A DNA stretch of 64,000 nt from Escherichia coli (GCF_017348835.2 NZ_CP071375.1); one strand, 5' to 3'; numbered from the stretch's first letter, positions 48,307-61,205 are shown. Made by a program: numbers and translations. Notes: generated by a model not told the origin, from the letters alone.

Positions 48307-50541
48307 CTAACTCCCGTGCAACCGACGCGCGTCGATAACATCCGGCACCTGGTTGAGTTTACCCAGCACGCGACCCAGCACCTGCAGGTTGTAAATCTCA
48401 ATGGTCATGTCGATGGTCGCCAGTTGCTGTTTGGTGTCGCTACGGCTGGCAACGCCAAGCACGTTCACTTTCTCATTGGCGAGAATGGTCGTGATATCAC
48501 GTAACAACCCACTACGATCATTAGCCACCACGCGGACCACCAGCGAATATCCGGCGGAGTAGCTCTCGCCCCATACCGCGTCAACAATGCGTTCTGGCGC
48601 ATGGGAGCGCAGTTCCGCCAGTTGTTCGCAATCGGCGCGGTGTACTGAAATACCGCGCCCCTGGGTAATGAAGCCGACAATCTCATCTCCAGGAATCGGC
48701 TGGCAGCAACGCGCGATGTGGTGCATCAGGTTACCGACACCTTCAACCACCACACGACCGTTATCTTTACTGCGGTTTTGCGGCGTGTAACTTTTTTGCT
48801 GAAGTTGCTTCAGCGCGGCGGCGTCCTGCTCTTCGGCACTCGGCTTATTAAATTGCGATTGCAGGAAGTTCACCATCTGATTGAGACGGATATCCCCGCC
48901 ACCAATCGCCGCCAGCAACTCGTCGACATCATTGAAGTTGTAACGCGGCAGCAGATGTTTTTCTGCTTCTTTCAGGCTGATCCCCAGATGTTCCAGCTCG
49001 TCGTCAAGGATTTGCCGCCCAGCCAGAATGTTTTTGTCACGGTCCTGTTTACGGAACCAGGCGTGAATTTTCGAACGCCCACGGCTGGTTGTGACGTAAC
49101 CGAGGTTTGGGTTTAACCAGTCACGGCTGGGGTTCGGCTGTTTCTGGGTGATAATTTCAATCTGGTCGCCCATCTGCAGCTGGTAGGTGAACGGCACAAT
49201 GCGCCCGCCAATTTTTGCCCCGATGCAGCGGTGTCCGACATCACTGTGGATGTGGTAAGCGAAGTCCAGCGGCGTTGATCCCGCAGGCAAATCAACGACA
49301 TCACCTTTCGGCGTAAAGACATACACCCGGTCGTCAAACACCTGACTACGTACTTCGTCGAGCATTTCGCCGGAATCAGCCATCTCTTCCTGCCACGCAA
49401 TCAGTTTACGCAGCCAGGCAATCCGGTCTTCATGTCCCGAACGTGCGCCGCCAGCAGCCGCGCCCTCTTTATATTTCCAGTGCGCAGCAACACCCAACTC
49501 TGCATCTTCATGCATCTGTTTGGTGCGGATTTGGATCTCAACGGTTTTTCCACCCGGCCCCAGAACCACGGTATGAATAGACTGATAACCGTTTGGTTTC
49601 GGGTTAGCGACGTAATCGTCAAACTCATCCGGCAGGTGGCGATAGTGAGTGTGCACTATCCCCAGTGCGGCATAACAATCCTGTAAACGCTCGGCGACAA
49701 TACGTACCGCACGCACATCAAACAGCTCATCGAAGGCGAGGTTCTTTTTCTGCATTTTGCGCCAGATGCTGTAGATGTGTTTCGGACGACCATACACTTC
49801 AGCTTTAACGCCTTCAGCTTTCATCTCAGCGCGCAGATGACCGACAAACTCTTCGATATAGTGTTCGCGGTCGAGACGGCGTTCATGCAACAGTTTTGCG
49901 ATGCGTTTGTATTCGGTCGGGTGGAGATAACGGAAGCAGTAATCTTCCAGCTCCCATTTCAGTTGCCCAATCCCAAGACGGTTTGCCAACGGCGCGTAGA
50001 TATTGGTGCACTCTTTTGCCGCCAGTACGCGTTCATCTTCCGGCGCATCTTTTACTTCACGCAGATGAGCAATACGCTCCGCCAGTTTGATGACCACGCA
50101 GCGAAAATCATCGACCATCGCCAATAACATCCGGCGAACGTTATCGACCTGTTCGGAGGAAACAGAATCAGTGTGCGTCGCTTTCAGTTGGCGGATCGCC
50201 GCCATATCACGCACGCCGTGAATAAGGTTAACGACCGACTTACCGACGCTCTCACGCAGCACATCTTCGCTGACTACGTTGGCATCCGCCAGAGGGAAAA
50301 GCAGCGCCGCCCGCAGCGTGTCAATGTCCATACTTAATGTCGAGAGGATCTCCACCATCTCAACACCACGCCACAATAACAGACTGGCATCCGGATGCCC
50401 CTGCGTCTGTTGCAGACAATACGCCCAGGTTTCGGCTAAGCACTCACACGACTTCTGGCTGGTAATACCCAGACTTGCGATCCATTTTTCCGGATCAAAT
50501 TCACCAGCCTTATTGATATGTGCACTTCTTACCGCAACCAT
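48307..50541 (-). CDS. relA: GTP pyrophosphokinase ((p)ppGpp synthetase I)
   Basis: 744 aa with synthetase, TGS and ACT domains. Confidence 0.97.
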   Translation of the reverse strand: MVAVRSAHINKAGEFDPEKWIASLGITSQKSCECLAETWAYCLQQTQGHPDASLLLWRGVEMVEILSTLSMDIDTLRAALLFPLADANVVSEDVLRESVGKSVVNLIHGVRDMAAIRQLKATHTDSVSSEQVDNVRRMLLAMVDDFRCVVIKLAERIAHLREVKDAPEDERVLAAKECTNIYAPLANRLGIGQLKWELEDYCFRYLHPTEYKRIAKLLHERRLDREHYIEEFVGHLRAEMKAEGVKAEVYGRPKHIYSIWRKMQKKNLAFDELFDVRAVRIVAERLQDCYAALGIVHTHYRHLPDEFDDYVANPKPNGYQSIHTVVLGPGGKTVEIQIRTKQMHEDAELGVAAHWKYKEGAAAGGARSGHEDRIAWLRKLIAWQEEMADSGEMLDEVRSQVFDDRVYVFTPKGDVVDLPAGSTPLDFAYHIHSDVGHRCIGAKIGGRIVPFTYQLQMGDQIEIITQKQPNPSRDWLNPNLGYVTTSRGRSKIHAWFRKQDRDKNILAGRQILDDELEHLGISLKEAEKHLLPRYNFNDVDELLAAIGGGDIRLNQMVNFLQSQFNKPSAEEQDAAALKQLQQKSYTPQNRSKDNGRVVVEGVGNLMHHIARCCQPIPGDEIVGFITQGRGISVHRADCEQLAELRSHAPERIVDAVWGESYSAGYSLVVRVVANDRSGLLRDITTILANEKVNVLGVASRSDTKQQLATIDMTIEIYNLQVLGRVLGKLNQVPDVIDARRLHGS

Positions 50542-50588
50542 CGTCCTCTCCTTTAGGGACCAGACCTGCCGAAATCGGCAAATCGCAA

Positions 50589-51890
50589 CTATTTAACGCG
50601 CGAGAAAAGTACCATCGATTCCAGATGTCCCGTGTGTGGGAACATATCCAGCATCGCCAGTCGCGCAATGGTATATCCTGCTTTTAATAACGCTTCGCTA
50701 TCCCGAGCCAGCGTTGCAGGGTTACAGGATACATAAACTATACGAATAGGTTCCAGTTTTATAATTTGCTGCATAACACCTGCGGCACCTGCTCGCGCGG
50801 GGTCCAGCAACACTTTATCGAAGCCGTTTTTCGCCCACGGCTGCTTTGTGACATCTTCTTCAAGATTTTCGTGATAAAACGTTACATTCTGTAAGCCGTT
50901 AAGACGCGCATTCTGCTGGCCTTTTTCCACCAGCGCCGGAACACCTTCTACACCCACCACACTGGCAGCTTGTGTCGCCAATGGCAGTGTAAAGTTGCCC
51001 ATACCGCAGAACAGATCCAGTACGCGATCTTCAGGTTCCACATCCAGCCATTCCAACGCACGCGCTACCATTTTTTGGTTCACACCCGCATTAACCTGAA
51101 TAAAATCGCGCGGGCTAAAAGTTAAGCGCAACCCGTTTGAGTCATACCATGGCATCTCACCAGAGACGGTTTCGAGTATCTCACTATCGGGGGCAAGATA
51201 CAGATCCAGGCCTTCAGAATGCGAAAAGCGTTCCAGTTTTTCGCGATCTGCCGAACTTAGCGGTGCGGTATGGCGCAAAATCATCAGCGTGCCGCTGGTT
51301 GCCTGTACCAGTTCAACATGACCAAGATGGCGCATAGCTTGTAAGCTGCCCAGGCATGCCCTGACTTTGGGCAGCAATGCTTCAAGTTGGGGCACTAAAA
51401 TGGGGCATTGTTTAACGTCGACAATGTCACTGGAGCCCGCTTTGCGAAACCCCATCTGAAGTTGCTGTGTTTTCGGTAAGTAGTTCAGACTTAAACGCGC
51501 GCGACGGCGATAGCCCCAGGGAACATCGGCGATCACTTCAGAGACTTCGTGTTTCATTAATCGGGCAAGTGCCGCACTTTTGCTTCGCTGCTGTAAATCC
51601 ACGCTGGCGTGTTGTTGCTGACAGCCGCCGCATACGCCAAAATGAGGACAGCGTGGCGTTTCGCGTTCCGGGCTATCGCTTAACCGGCGTACGACTTTAG
51701 CGCGGGCATACTGTTTTTTATCTTCAGTAACAGTAACTTCCGCGTTTTCCTGCGGCAATAATCCGGGGATAAATAGCGTTTTGCCGTTATGTCGCGCCAC
51801 GCCCTGACCAAAAGAGTCGAGGTCGTTGACTGAAACGGTTATGATCTGACGCGTCGTCGTGCGTCGTTTTGCAGAGTAGAATTGCGCCAT
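50589..51890 (-). CDS. rlmD: 23S rRNA (uracil1939-C5)-methyltransferase RlmD
   Basis: 433 aa with TRAM domain, Fe-S cysteines and SAM methyltransferase domain. Confidence 0.93.
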   Translation of the reverse strand: MAQFYSAKRRTTTRQIITVSVNDLDSFGQGVARHNGKTLFIPGLLPQENAEVTVTEDKKQYARAKVVRRLSDSPERETPRCPHFGVCGGCQQQHASVDLQQRSKSAALARLMKHEVSEVIADVPWGYRRRARLSLNYLPKTQQLQMGFRKAGSSDIVDVKQCPILVPQLEALLPKVRACLGSLQAMRHLGHVELVQATSGTLMILRHTAPLSSADREKLERFSHSEGLDLYLAPDSEILETVSGEMPWYDSNGLRLTFSPRDFIQVNAGVNQKMVARALEWLDVEPEDRVLDLFCGMGNFTLPLATQAASVVGVEGVPALVEKGQQNARLNGLQNVTFYHENLEEDVTKQPWAKNGFDKVLLDPARAGAAGVMQQIIKLEPIRIVYVSCNPATLARDSEALLKAGYTIARLAMLDMFPHTGHLESMVLFSRVK

Positions 51891-51946
51891 TGGCGAGACT
51901 TTCTCAATTTAACAGTGTGACCTTAATTGTCCCATAACGGAACTCC

Positions 51947-54703
51947 ATGACCAACTACAGCCTGCGCGCACGCATGATGATTCTGATCCTGGCACCGACC
52001 GTCCTTATTGGTTTATTGCTGAGTATCTTTTTCGTCGTGCATCGCTATAACGACTTGCAGCGTCAACTGGAAGATGCCGGTGCCAGCATTATTGAGCCGC
52101 TTGCAGTTTCTACTGAATATGGCATGAGCCTGCAAAATCGCGAATCTATCGGTCAGTTAATAAGCGTACTGCATCGTCGCCATTCCGATATTGTTCGCGC
52201 GATTTCGGTTTATGATGAAAATAACCGACTCTTTGTCACCTCCAATTTTCATCTTGATCCCTCATCAATGCAGCTCGGCAGCAACGTGCCGTTTCCTCGC
52301 CAGCTCACTGTCACTCGTGACGGCGATATTATGATCCTCCGCACGCCGATTATTTCTGAGAGTTACTCCCCCGACGAATCGCCCAGTAGCGATGCCAAAA
52401 ATAGTCAAAATATGTTGGGATATATTGCGCTTGAGCTGGATCTTAAATCGGTTCGCTTGCAGCAATATAAAGAGATCTTTATTTCCAGCGTGATGATGCT
52501 GTTTTGTATCGGTATTGCGCTTATTTTTGGCTGGCGCTTAATGCGCGATGTAACCGGTCCGATTCGCAACATGGTGAATACCGTCGACCGCATCCGTCGC
52601 GGGCAACTCGACAGCCGGGTGGAAGGATTTATGCTCGGCGAGCTGGATATGCTGAAAAACGGTATCAACTCGATGGCAATGTCGCTGGCTGCTTATCACG
52701 AAGAGATGCAGCACAATATCGACCAGGCGACGTCCGATCTGCGTGAAACGCTGGAGCAGATGGAAATTCAGAACGTTGAGTTGGATCTGGCGAAAAAGCG
52801 CGCCCAGGAAGCGGCGCGTATTAAATCCGAGTTTCTGGCAAATATGTCACACGAGCTGCGTACACCACTGAATGGTGTTATTGGCTTTACCCGCCTGACG
52901 CTGAAAACAGAATTAACACCAACGCAGCGCGATCACCTGAATACGATTGAACGTTCGGCAAATAATTTGCTGGCAATTATTAATGATGTTCTCGACTTCT
53001 CGAAACTGGAAGCAGGTAAGCTGATTCTGGAAAGTATTCCATTCCCACTACGCAGCACGCTGGATGAAGTCGTTACTCTGCTGGCACATTCTTCTCACGA
53101 TAAAGGGTTGGAACTGACGCTCAATATTAAAAGCGACGTGCCTGATAACGTGATCGGCGACCCACTGCGATTACAGCAAATCATCACTAACCTGGTGGGG
53201 AATGCAATTAAATTCACCGAGAATGGCAACATTGATATTCTGGTAGAAAAACGTGCGCTGAGTAATACCAAAGTGCAGATTGAAGTGCAGATTCGGGATA
53301 CCGGCATTGGTATTCCTGAACGTGATCAATCGCGCTTATTCCAGGCCTTCCGACAGGCTGATGCCAGTATTTCCCGCCGTCATGGTGGCACCGGGCTGGG
53401 GCTGGTGATTACACAAAAACTGGTTAATGAAATGGGCGGCGATATTTCGTTCCATAGCCAGCCGAATCGCGGTTCAACTTTCTGGTTCCACATTAATCTC
53501 GATCTGAACCCGAACATTATTATTGAAGGGCCATCCACCCAGTGCCTCGCCGGTAAACGCCTGGCCTATGTCGAACCAAACTCCGCAGCAGCACAATGCA
53601 CGCTGGATATTTTAAGTGAAACGCCGCTGGAAGTGGTTTATAGCCCAACGTTCTCCGCGCTGCCTCCCGCGCATTACGACATGATGTTGTTAGGCATCGC
53701 GGTGACCTTCCGCGAGCCGTTAACAATGCAACATGAGCGATTAGCGAAAGCGGTATCGATGACCGATTTCCTGATGCTGGCACTTCCTTGCCATGCACAA
53801 GTCAATGCTGAAAAACTCAAGCAAGATGGTATCGGCGCGTGTCTGCTGAAACCATTAACACCTACGCGCCTGTTGCCTGCCCTGACGGAATTTTGTCATC
53901 ACAAACAAAACACGCTTTTGCCTGTAACCGATGAAAGTAAGCTGGCAATGACAGTCATGGCGGTTGATGACAACCCCGCTAACCTGAAACTTATCGGCGC
54001 ATTGCTGGAAGATATGGTGCAACATGTGGAACTTTGCGATAGCGGGCATCAGGCGGTTGAACGGGCGAAACAGATGCCGTTCGATTTGATCTTAATGGAT
54101 ATTCAAATGCCGGACATGGATGGCATTCGGGCCTGCGAACTCATCCACCAACTCCCCCATCAGCAACAAACGCCGGTTATCGCGGTAACGGCGCATGCAA
54201 TGGCCGGGCAAAAAGAGAAGCTGCTTGGCGCAGGGATGAGCGATTATCTGGCGAAACCGATTGAAGAAGAGCGATTGCATAATTTGTTGTTGCGCTACAA
54301 GCCTGGCAGCGGTATTTCGTCTCGCGTCGTGACGCCCGAAGTCAACGAAATTGTGGTGAACCCGAATGCGACCCTCGACTGGCAACTGGCACTACGCCAG
54401 GCAGCAGGAAAAACCGATTTAGCGCGCGATATGCTGCAAATGTTACTCGATTTCCTGCCTGAAGTTCGCAACAAAGTTGAGGAACAGCTGGTTGGAGAAA
54501 ACCCGGAAGGCCTGGTTGATTTGATTCATAAACTGCATGGCAGTTGCGGCTATAGCGGTGTGCCGCGTATGAAGAATCTCTGCCAACTGATCGAACAACA
54601 GCTACGTAGCGGTACTAAAGAAGAAGATTTGGAGCCGGAGCTGCTGGAACTGTTGGACGAGATGGATAATGTCGCGCGCGAAGCCAGCAAAATTCTCGGG
54701 TAA
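51947..54703 (+). CDS. barA: Hybrid sensor histidine kinase BarA (HAMP-HisKA-HATPase-REC-HPt)
   Basis: 918 aa; H-box SHELRTPLN, receiver domain and HPt domain. Confidence 0.95.
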
Positions 54704-54777
54704 CGGACGTCTTGTCGAGTAGCAATCGGCTTTTTATGACGCTGGTTTCAGATTGGTGACAAAGTGCCTGTGTTTAT

Positions 54778-54811
54778 GCCGGATGCGGCGTTAACGCCTT
54801 ATCCGGCCTAC
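54778..54811. repeat. REP element between barA and gudD
   Basis: GCCGGATGCGGCGTTAACGCCTTATCCGGCCTAC. Confidence 0.55.
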
Positions 54812-54934
54812 AAAACCAATTAAATTCAATGAATTAAAAAATGATGTAGACTTGATACATAGCACAACAGGCTATTTTGCGTTTAGCATCAGTCTCAAAC
54901 CGGCTCCAGATAGAGCCGGTTTTGGTTTTCTGTC

Positions 54935-56275
54935 TTAACGCACCATGCACGGGCGCTTGTTATCGAACGTCCAGCCAGGAATCAGATACTGCATTCCCAT
55001 CGCATCGTCACGCGCGCCAAGCCCGTGTTTCTGATACAGCTCATGGGCTTTCATCACTTGATCCATATCGATTTCTACACCCAGCCCCGGTTTTTCTGGC
55101 ACCTGTACCAGCCCGCCTTTGATCTCAAACGGTTCTTTGGTCAGGCGCTGATTGCCTTCCTGCCAAATCCAGTGCGTATCAATAGCAGTAATTTTACCCG
55201 GTGCAGCGGCGGCAACATGGGTAAACATCGCCAGGGAAATATCGAAGTGGTTGTTAGAGTGTGAACCCCAGGTCAGGCCAAATTCATGGCACATTTGCGC
55301 CACACGTACCGAACCTTGCATCGTCCAGAAATGCGGATCCGCCAGCGGGATATCAACGGATTGTAACGAGAGCGTATGGCCCATCTGCCGCCAGTCGGTG
55401 GCGATCATATTGGTTGCTGTCGGCAGGCCAGTCGCGCGACGGAACTCTGCCATCACTTCACGCCCGGAGAAACCTTGCTCCGCACCACACGGATCTTCTG
55501 CATAAGCCAGCGAACCTTTCAGGTATTTACCAATTTTAATCGCTTCGTTCAGCGACCAGGCACCGTTAGGATCGAGCGTAATACGCGCCTGCGGGAAGCG
55601 TTGCGCCAGTGCCACAATAGACTCGGCCTCTTCTTCCCCGGCCAGTACACCGCCTTTCAGTTTGAAATCGTTGAAGCCATATTTTTCATACGCCGCTTCC
55701 GCCAGGCGCACCACCGCATCCGGCGTCATCGCTTCTTCATGACGCAGGCGATACCAGTCGCATGAGTCATCCGGCTGGCTTTGATACGGCAGAGGTGTGG
55801 CTTTGCGATTACCGACGAAGAACAGATAACCGAGCATTTCGACTTCGCTACGCTGTTGACCATCGCCCAGCAGGGATGCCACGTTAACCCCCAGATGCTG
55901 CCCCAGCAGATCCAGCATTGCCGCTTCTATCCCGGTAACTACATGAATAGTGGTACGCAAATCAAATGTCTGCAAACCGCGCCCGCCGGCATCACGATCG
56001 GCAAAAGTATTACGCACCAGCGTCAGAACGTTTTTGTATTCACCCAGCGTTTTACCCACTACCAGCGGAATCGCATCTTCCAGCGTTTTACGGATTTTCT
56101 CGCCGCCGGGAATTTCCCCTACGCCAGTGTGACCAGAATTATCTTTGATAATCACAATATTACGCGTGAAGAACGGTGCGTGTGCACCACTCAGATTCAT
56201 CAGCATACTGTCATGGCCCGCCACCGGGATGACCTGCATTTCAGTAACAACAGGCGTCGTAAATTGAGAACTCAT
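54935..56275 (-). CDS. gudD: Glucarate dehydratase (enolase superfamily)
   Basis: 446 aa from [24 protein letters not shown]. Confidence 0.93.
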   Translation of the reverse strand: MSSQFTTPVVTEMQVIPVAGHDSMLMNLSGAHAPFFTRNIVIIKDNSGHTGVGEIPGGEKIRKTLEDAIPLVVGKTLGEYKNVLTLVRNTFADRDAGGRGLQTFDLRTTIHVVTGIEAAMLDLLGQHLGVNVASLLGDGQQRSEVEMLGYLFFVGNRKATPLPYQSQPDDSCDWYRLRHEEAMTPDAVVRLAEAAYEKYGFNDFKLKGGVLAGEEEAESIVALAQRFPQARITLDPNGAWSLNEAIKIGKYLKGSLAYAEDPCGAEQGFSGREVMAEFRRATGLPTATNMIATDWRQMGHTLSLQSVDIPLADPHFWTMQGSVRVAQMCHEFGLTWGSHSNNHFDISLAMFTHVAAAAPGKITAIDTHWIWQEGNQRLTKEPFEIKGGLVQVPEKPGLGVEIDMDQVMKAHELYQKHGLGARDDAMGMQYLIPGWTFDNKRPCMVR

Positions 56276-56295
56276 ATTTATGTCTTTTTTCAGAA

Positions 56296-57636
56296 TCAAT
56301 GACGGCCGAAAACGGGACGTTTACGGTCAAAGGTCCAGCCGGGGATCAGGTACTGCATCGGGCCTGCGTCGTTACGCGCACCGCCAGGCAGACGTTCATA
56401 GGCCTCATGTGCCTTTTGTACCTGTTCCCAGTCCAGTTCCACGCCCAGACCGGGCGCATCAGGAACGGCAATTTTTCCGTTTTTAATCTCCAGCGGATTT
56501 TTGGTCAGGCGACAGTCGCCCTCCTGCCAAATCCAGTGGGTATCGATAGCGGTAGGATTACCCGGTGCCGCCGCGCCCACATGGGTAAACATCGCCAGAG
56601 AGATATCGAAATGGTTATTAGAATGGCAGCCCCAGGTCAGCCCCCAGTCGTCGCAAAGCTGCGCCACACGGACTGCACCGGAAAGCGTCCAGAAGTGCGG
56701 ATCGGCAAGTGGAATATCTACCGCATTGAGCATCACCGCATGACCCATTTCGCGCCAGTTGGTGGCGATCATGTTAGTCGCGACGGGCAAGCCGGTCGCC
56801 CGCCGAAACTCCGCCATCACTTCACGTCCGGAGAAGCCCTGTTCTGCGCCGCATGGATCTTCGGCATAGGTAAGAACATCATTCAGCCCTTTGCACAGAG
56901 AAATGGCTTCATCAAGCAGCCATGCACCGTTGGGATCAACGGTAATCCGCGCATCCGGGAAGCGTTTCTTCAATGCACGAACAGTGTCGATTTCTTGCTC
57001 GCCAGGTAACACGCCGCCCTTAAGTTTGAAATCTTTAAAGCCGTAGCGATCCTGTGAGGCTTCCGCCAGACGCACAACGGCTTCGCTGTTCATCGCTTTC
57101 TGATGGCGCAACTGATACCACTCATGGTTGCCCGGCGTATTTTCCAGATAAGGAAGATCGGTTTTGGTCCGATCACCGATATAAAACAGATAACCGAGGA
57201 CGGTAATAGCATCGCGTTGTTTGCCTGGTCCTAATAGTTCGCAGACCGGAACATTCAGCGCCTTACCTAGCAGGTCAAGCAAGGCGGCTTCCAACGCCGC
57301 CACGGCATTAACGCGCAATTCAAAAGTCCAGGCTCCTTTACCGAAGGTATCAAAATCGGCGGCCTGATTACCTTTATGCACCTGCTGAACCACTTTATTC
57401 AGGCGCGCAACTTCCTGGCCCAGCACCATCGGAATAGCTTCGACCAGTGTTTGATAAATCACCTCTCCGCCCGGCGCTTCACCAATGCCGGTATGCCCGG
57501 CATTATCGGTGAGTACCACGATATTGCGGGTGAAGTATGCGTTATGCGCACCACCAATATTGAGCAACATGCTGTCATGTCCGGCGACCGGAATGACTTT
57601 CATATCAGTAATAACAGGACTGGATTGTGTCGTCAT
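56296..57636 (-). CDS. gudX: Glucarate dehydratase-related protein
   Basis: 446 aa paralogue of gudD immediately upstream. Confidence 0.9.
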   Translation of the reverse strand: MTTQSSPVITDMKVIPVAGHDSMLLNIGGAHNAYFTRNIVVLTDNAGHTGIGEAPGGEVIYQTLVEAIPMVLGQEVARLNKVVQQVHKGNQAADFDTFGKGAWTFELRVNAVAALEAALLDLLGKALNVPVCELLGPGKQRDAITVLGYLFYIGDRTKTDLPYLENTPGNHEWYQLRHQKAMNSEAVVRLAEASQDRYGFKDFKLKGGVLPGEQEIDTVRALKKRFPDARITVDPNGAWLLDEAISLCKGLNDVLTYAEDPCGAEQGFSGREVMAEFRRATGLPVATNMIATNWREMGHAVMLNAVDIPLADPHFWTLSGAVRVAQLCDDWGLTWGCHSNNHFDISLAMFTHVGAAAPGNPTAIDTHWIWQEGDCRLTKNPLEIKNGKIAVPDAPGLGVELDWEQVQKAHEAYERLPGGARNDAGPMQYLIPGWTFDRKRPVFGRH

Positions 57637-57637
57637 C

Positions 57638-58448
57638 TTATTGCCCCGCGACAGGTTTCAGCTCGATACGCTTGATATCGCCCACCAGCACCAGGTAGCT
57701 CAGTACCGCGATTAAGGCATGAACACCAACATAAATCAGCGCCCCATTAAACGAGCCAGTCGTGCCAACGATATAACCAATTGCGATTGGCGTGACGATG
57801 CCAGAAATGTTACCGAACATGTTGAACAGGCCACCGGAAAGACCGCTGATCTCTTTTGGCGCGGTATCTGCCATTACTGCCCAACCCAGCGCCCCAATGC
57901 CCTTACCGAAGAAGGCCAGCGCCATAAAGCCGATGATCATCCACTCAACGTTGACGTAGTTGCAGAACACCATCACCATCGACAGCAACATGCCCATTAC
58001 GATCGGTGTTTTACGCGCAATGTTCAGCGATCCCGTGCGGCGCATCAGCCAGTCGGAAATAATCCCACCCAGCACACCACCGATAAAACCACAAACCGCC
58101 GGAACGGAAGCCACAAAGCCCGCTTTCAGAATCGACATCCCACGCGCCTGCACCAGATAAACCGGAAACCAGGTAATGAAAAAGTAAGTCAGGGCGTTGA
58201 TACAGTACTGACCGATATAAACGCCGATCATCATCCGTGACCCGAGCAGCTGTTTGATCTGCCCCCACTTCACGCTGAACGGCACTTTAACTTTGGTGTT
58301 TTGCTGATCCATATTGATCAGCGCGCCACCCGCGGCGATGTACTCCAGCTCTTTCTGATTTACCCCCGGATGTTGATTTGGCTCGTGGATGACTTTCAAC
58401 CAGATAAAGCTGATGACAATCCCCAGACCGCCCATAAAGAAGAAGACG
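57638..58448 (-). pseudogene. gudP: gudP 3' portion (C-terminal ~270 codons of the glucarate/galactarate MFS transporter), severed by IS629
   Basis: Frame reads ...(H)VFFFMGGLGIVISFIWLK... and is open upstream to the IS boundary at 58448. Confidence 0.9.
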
Positions 58449-58502
58449 TGAACCGCCCCGGAAATCCTGGAGACTAAACTCCCTGAGAAAGAGGTAAACA
58501 GG

Positions 58503-58829
58503 ATGACTAAAAATACTCGTTTTTCCCCCGAAGTCCGTCAGCGGGCGATTCGTATGGTTCTGGAAAGTCAGGATGAATATGACTCACAGTGGGCGGCAAT
58601 TTGTTCCATTGCCCCAAAGATTGGCTGTACGCCGGAGACTCTGCGTGTCTGGGTTCGCCAGCATGAGCGGGATACCGGGAGTGGTGATGGTGGACTCACC
58701 ACCGCTGAACGTCAGCGTCTGAAAGAGCTGGAACGTGAAAATCGTGAACTGCGCCGCAGTAACGATATCCTTCGCCAGGCTTCCGCTTATTTTGCGAAGG
58801 CGGAGTTCGACCGCCTCTGGAAAAAATAA
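58503..58829 (+). CDS. IS629-like OrfA
   Basis: Identical 108-aa product to copy 1 orfA. Confidence 0.9.
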   Translation: MTKNTRFSPEVRQRAIRMVLESQDEYDSQWAAICSIAPKIGCTPETLRVWVRQHERDTGSGDGGLTTAERQRLKELERENRELRRSNDILRQASAYFAKAEFDRLWKK

Positions 58830-59716
58830 TGCCACTGCTGGATAAGCTGCGTGAGCAGTACGGGGTCGGACCGGTATGCAGCGAACTGCATATTGCCCCG
58901 TCAACGTATTACCATTGTCAGCAACAGCGACATCATCCGGATAAACGCAGTGCCCGTGCGCAGCACGATGACTGGCTGAAGAAAGAGATACAGCGCGTAT
59001 ACGATGAAAATCACCAGGTATACGGTGTGCGTAAAGTCTGGCGTCAGTTGTTACGGGAAGGTATCAGAGTGGCCAGATGCACTGTGGCACGTCTCATGGC
59101 AGTTATGGGACTTGCCGGTGTTCTCCGGGGTAAAAAGGTCCGCACTACCGTCAGCCGGAAAGCCGTTGCCGCATGCGACCGCGTAAACCGTCAGTTCGTG
59201 GCAGAACGTCCAGACCAGTTGTGGGTGGCTGATTTTACCTGGGTAAGCACATGGCAGGGCTTCGTTTATGTGGCGTTCATCATTGATGTGTTCGCCGGAT
59301 ACATCGTGGGATGGCAGGTCTCATCATCCATGGAAACAACATTCGTGCTGGATGCACTGGAGCAGGCGTTGTGGGCCCGTCGGCCGTCCGGCACAATCCA
59401 TCACAGTGATAAAGGTTCTCAGTATGTATCGCTGGCCTACACGCAGCGGCTTAAGGAAGCCGGATTACTGGCATCAACAGGGAGTACTGGCGACTCGTAT
59501 GACAACGCGATGGCTGAGAGCATCAATGGTCTTTACAAAGCGGAGGTAATACACCGTAAGAGCTGGAAAAACCGTGCAGAAGTGGAACTGGCCACACTCA
59601 CGTGGGTGGACTGGTATAACAATCGACGATTGCTGGAAAGGCTGGGCCATATTCCTCCGGCAGAAGCAGAAAAAGCTTATTATGCTTCCATCGGAAATAA
59701 TGATCTGGCAGCCTGA
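58829..59716 (+). CDS. IS629-like OrfB (rve transposase)
   Basis: 295 aa; one substitution (T to A) relative to copy 1. Confidence 0.9.
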   Translation: MPLLDKLREQYGVGPVCSELHIAPSTYYHCQQQRHHPDKRSARAQHDDWLKKEIQRVYDENHQVYGVRKVWRQLLREGIRVARCTVARLMAVMGLAGVLRGKKVRTTVSRKAVAACDRVNRQFVAERPDQLWVADFTWVSTWQGFVYVAFIIDVFAGYIVGWQVSSSMETTFVLDALEQALWARRPSGTIHHSDKGSQYVSLAYTQRLKEAGLLASTGSTGDSYDNAMAESINGLYKAEVIHRKSWKNRAEVELATLTWVDWYNNRRLLERLGHIPPAEAEKAYYASIGNNDLAA

Positions 59717-59758
59717 GTTCACAGATAAAACACTCTCCAGGAAACCCGGGGCGGTTCA

Positions 59759-60304
59759 GACGTGTGACCAGCCCACTTCATGCGTCAGCCAGCCCATAAT
59801 CGGCGCGAAGATCACCGTTGCGAAGTATTGAGCGGAGTTAAAAATCGACACCGCCGTTCCCCTTTCCTGCGCCGGAAACCAGGCCGCAACAATGCGACTG
59901 TTGCCGGGGAAAGATGGCGCTTCAGCAAGCCCGACCAGGAAGCGCAGAGTAAACAGGGCAACGATAATGCCGAATCCACTAAAGATATCGACGAAGCCTT
60001 GCAGCAAGGTAAACATCGACCAGATAAAGATCGACCAGAAGTAGACGCGTTTTGAACCAAAACGATCCAGCAACCAACCACCAGGGATCTGCCCGATAAC
60101 ATAAGCCCATGAGAAGGCAGAGAACACATAGCCCATTCCCACGGGATCAAGGCCGATATCTTTGGCCATTTCCGAACCGGCAATAGAAAGCGTAGCGCGG
60201 TCGCCGTAGTTGAAGGATGTGACGATAAACAACATCACCACTATCCAGTAACGAGCATTCGTGCGTTTTTCCACACTGCTCGCAGCCTGACTTAAAGAAC
60301 TCAT
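59759..60304 (-). pseudogene. gudP: gudP 5' portion (N-terminal ~181 codons), terminated by a stop supplied by the IS end
   Basis: MSSLSQAASSVEKRTNARYWIVVM...THEVGWSHV then TGA formed by the IS629 terminal TCA (minus strand). Confidence 0.9.
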
Positions 60305-60738
60305 TGTTGCACTCCTGAAAATTCGCGTTAGCCACGCTCACTCTGGACTGCGACATCGCCAGGAAATCAGAGGTGACGTAGGGTGTTTTTTGCCGTTTTT
60401 ATAGGTCGTTCGCCGAATACGGCGCGTGTTTATATCTGGCAATAGCAGTATAAAAAGCGCGCCATAGCGGCTCACCGTGCAACAACACAACATTAATGCG
60501 TTCAATGAGGCCCGATTTTGGCATTAGCCCTGGACGGTGGAATCCACTTCACGGAAATGAAAACAAGAACAAGAAAGGAAGGGTTAAAACGAAGAAATAA
60601 AGAAGAGTATGAAATGGATCGCTTGACTCCAGGCAAACGCCAGTAAAAATCCGCGCTATGAAGCAGTTTTTACTGGCATTTGCCTGAAAAGATTCGATTC
60701 AGCACCGCTAAAACGACATTTACCGCTCGCTGAACATA

Positions 60739-61188
60739 TCAGGACAACAGCGTGCCCCACTGTTCGACCCACGGATTTGATTCCGTTTCCGGTTCCGGGT
60801 TCTCACTGGCGTCAATCAACAGCATTTCGCCAACCCGCTGAGCGCTCTGTTCCTGCAACAAGGCATCGAACTGTTTGCCGCCATTGCAGAAATTTACATA
60901 ACTGCTGTCGCCGAGCGCAATCACGCCATAACGCAGATTCGGCTGGAAGCCCAGACTATCTTTGATTCCCTGAAAGAGCGGCACAATGCTATCAGGAAGG
61001 TCGCCCTGCCCGGTCGTGGACGTAACCACCAGAACATACTTATCCTGATAGGGCAGCCAGTCGCTTAATTCAGGATCTTCAAATACCGTTGCTTTGTGGC
61101 CCTGTGCGGTCAGAATTGCTTCTGCTTCTTCCGCCACTAACAGCGAATTTCCGTACATGGTGCCGACAAAAATACCAATTTCCGCCAT
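60739..61188 (-). CDS. yqcA: Flavodoxin-like protein YqcA
   Basis: 149 aa; flavodoxin fold, [15 protein letters not shown]. Confidence 0.9.
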
Positions 61189-61205
61189 ACCGTTTTCTCC
61201 CTGGA

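Larger units (their letters stand above)
58449..59758 (+). mobile_element. IS629-like IS3-family insertion sequence, copy 2 (1310 bp), inserted in gudP
   Basis: Same ends as copy 1; flanked by 4-bp direct repeat GACG (58445-58448 and 59759-59762). Differs from copy 1 at three or more positions. Confidence 0.92.

Noticed and set aside
60305-60738. gudP-yqcA intergenic region, including a long inverted repeat around 60633-60692, as a candidate sRNA or regulatory element
   Set aside because: The inverted repeat sits just downstream of the yqcA stop and is most simply its terminator; there is no independent promoter-plus-terminator signature for an sRNA.
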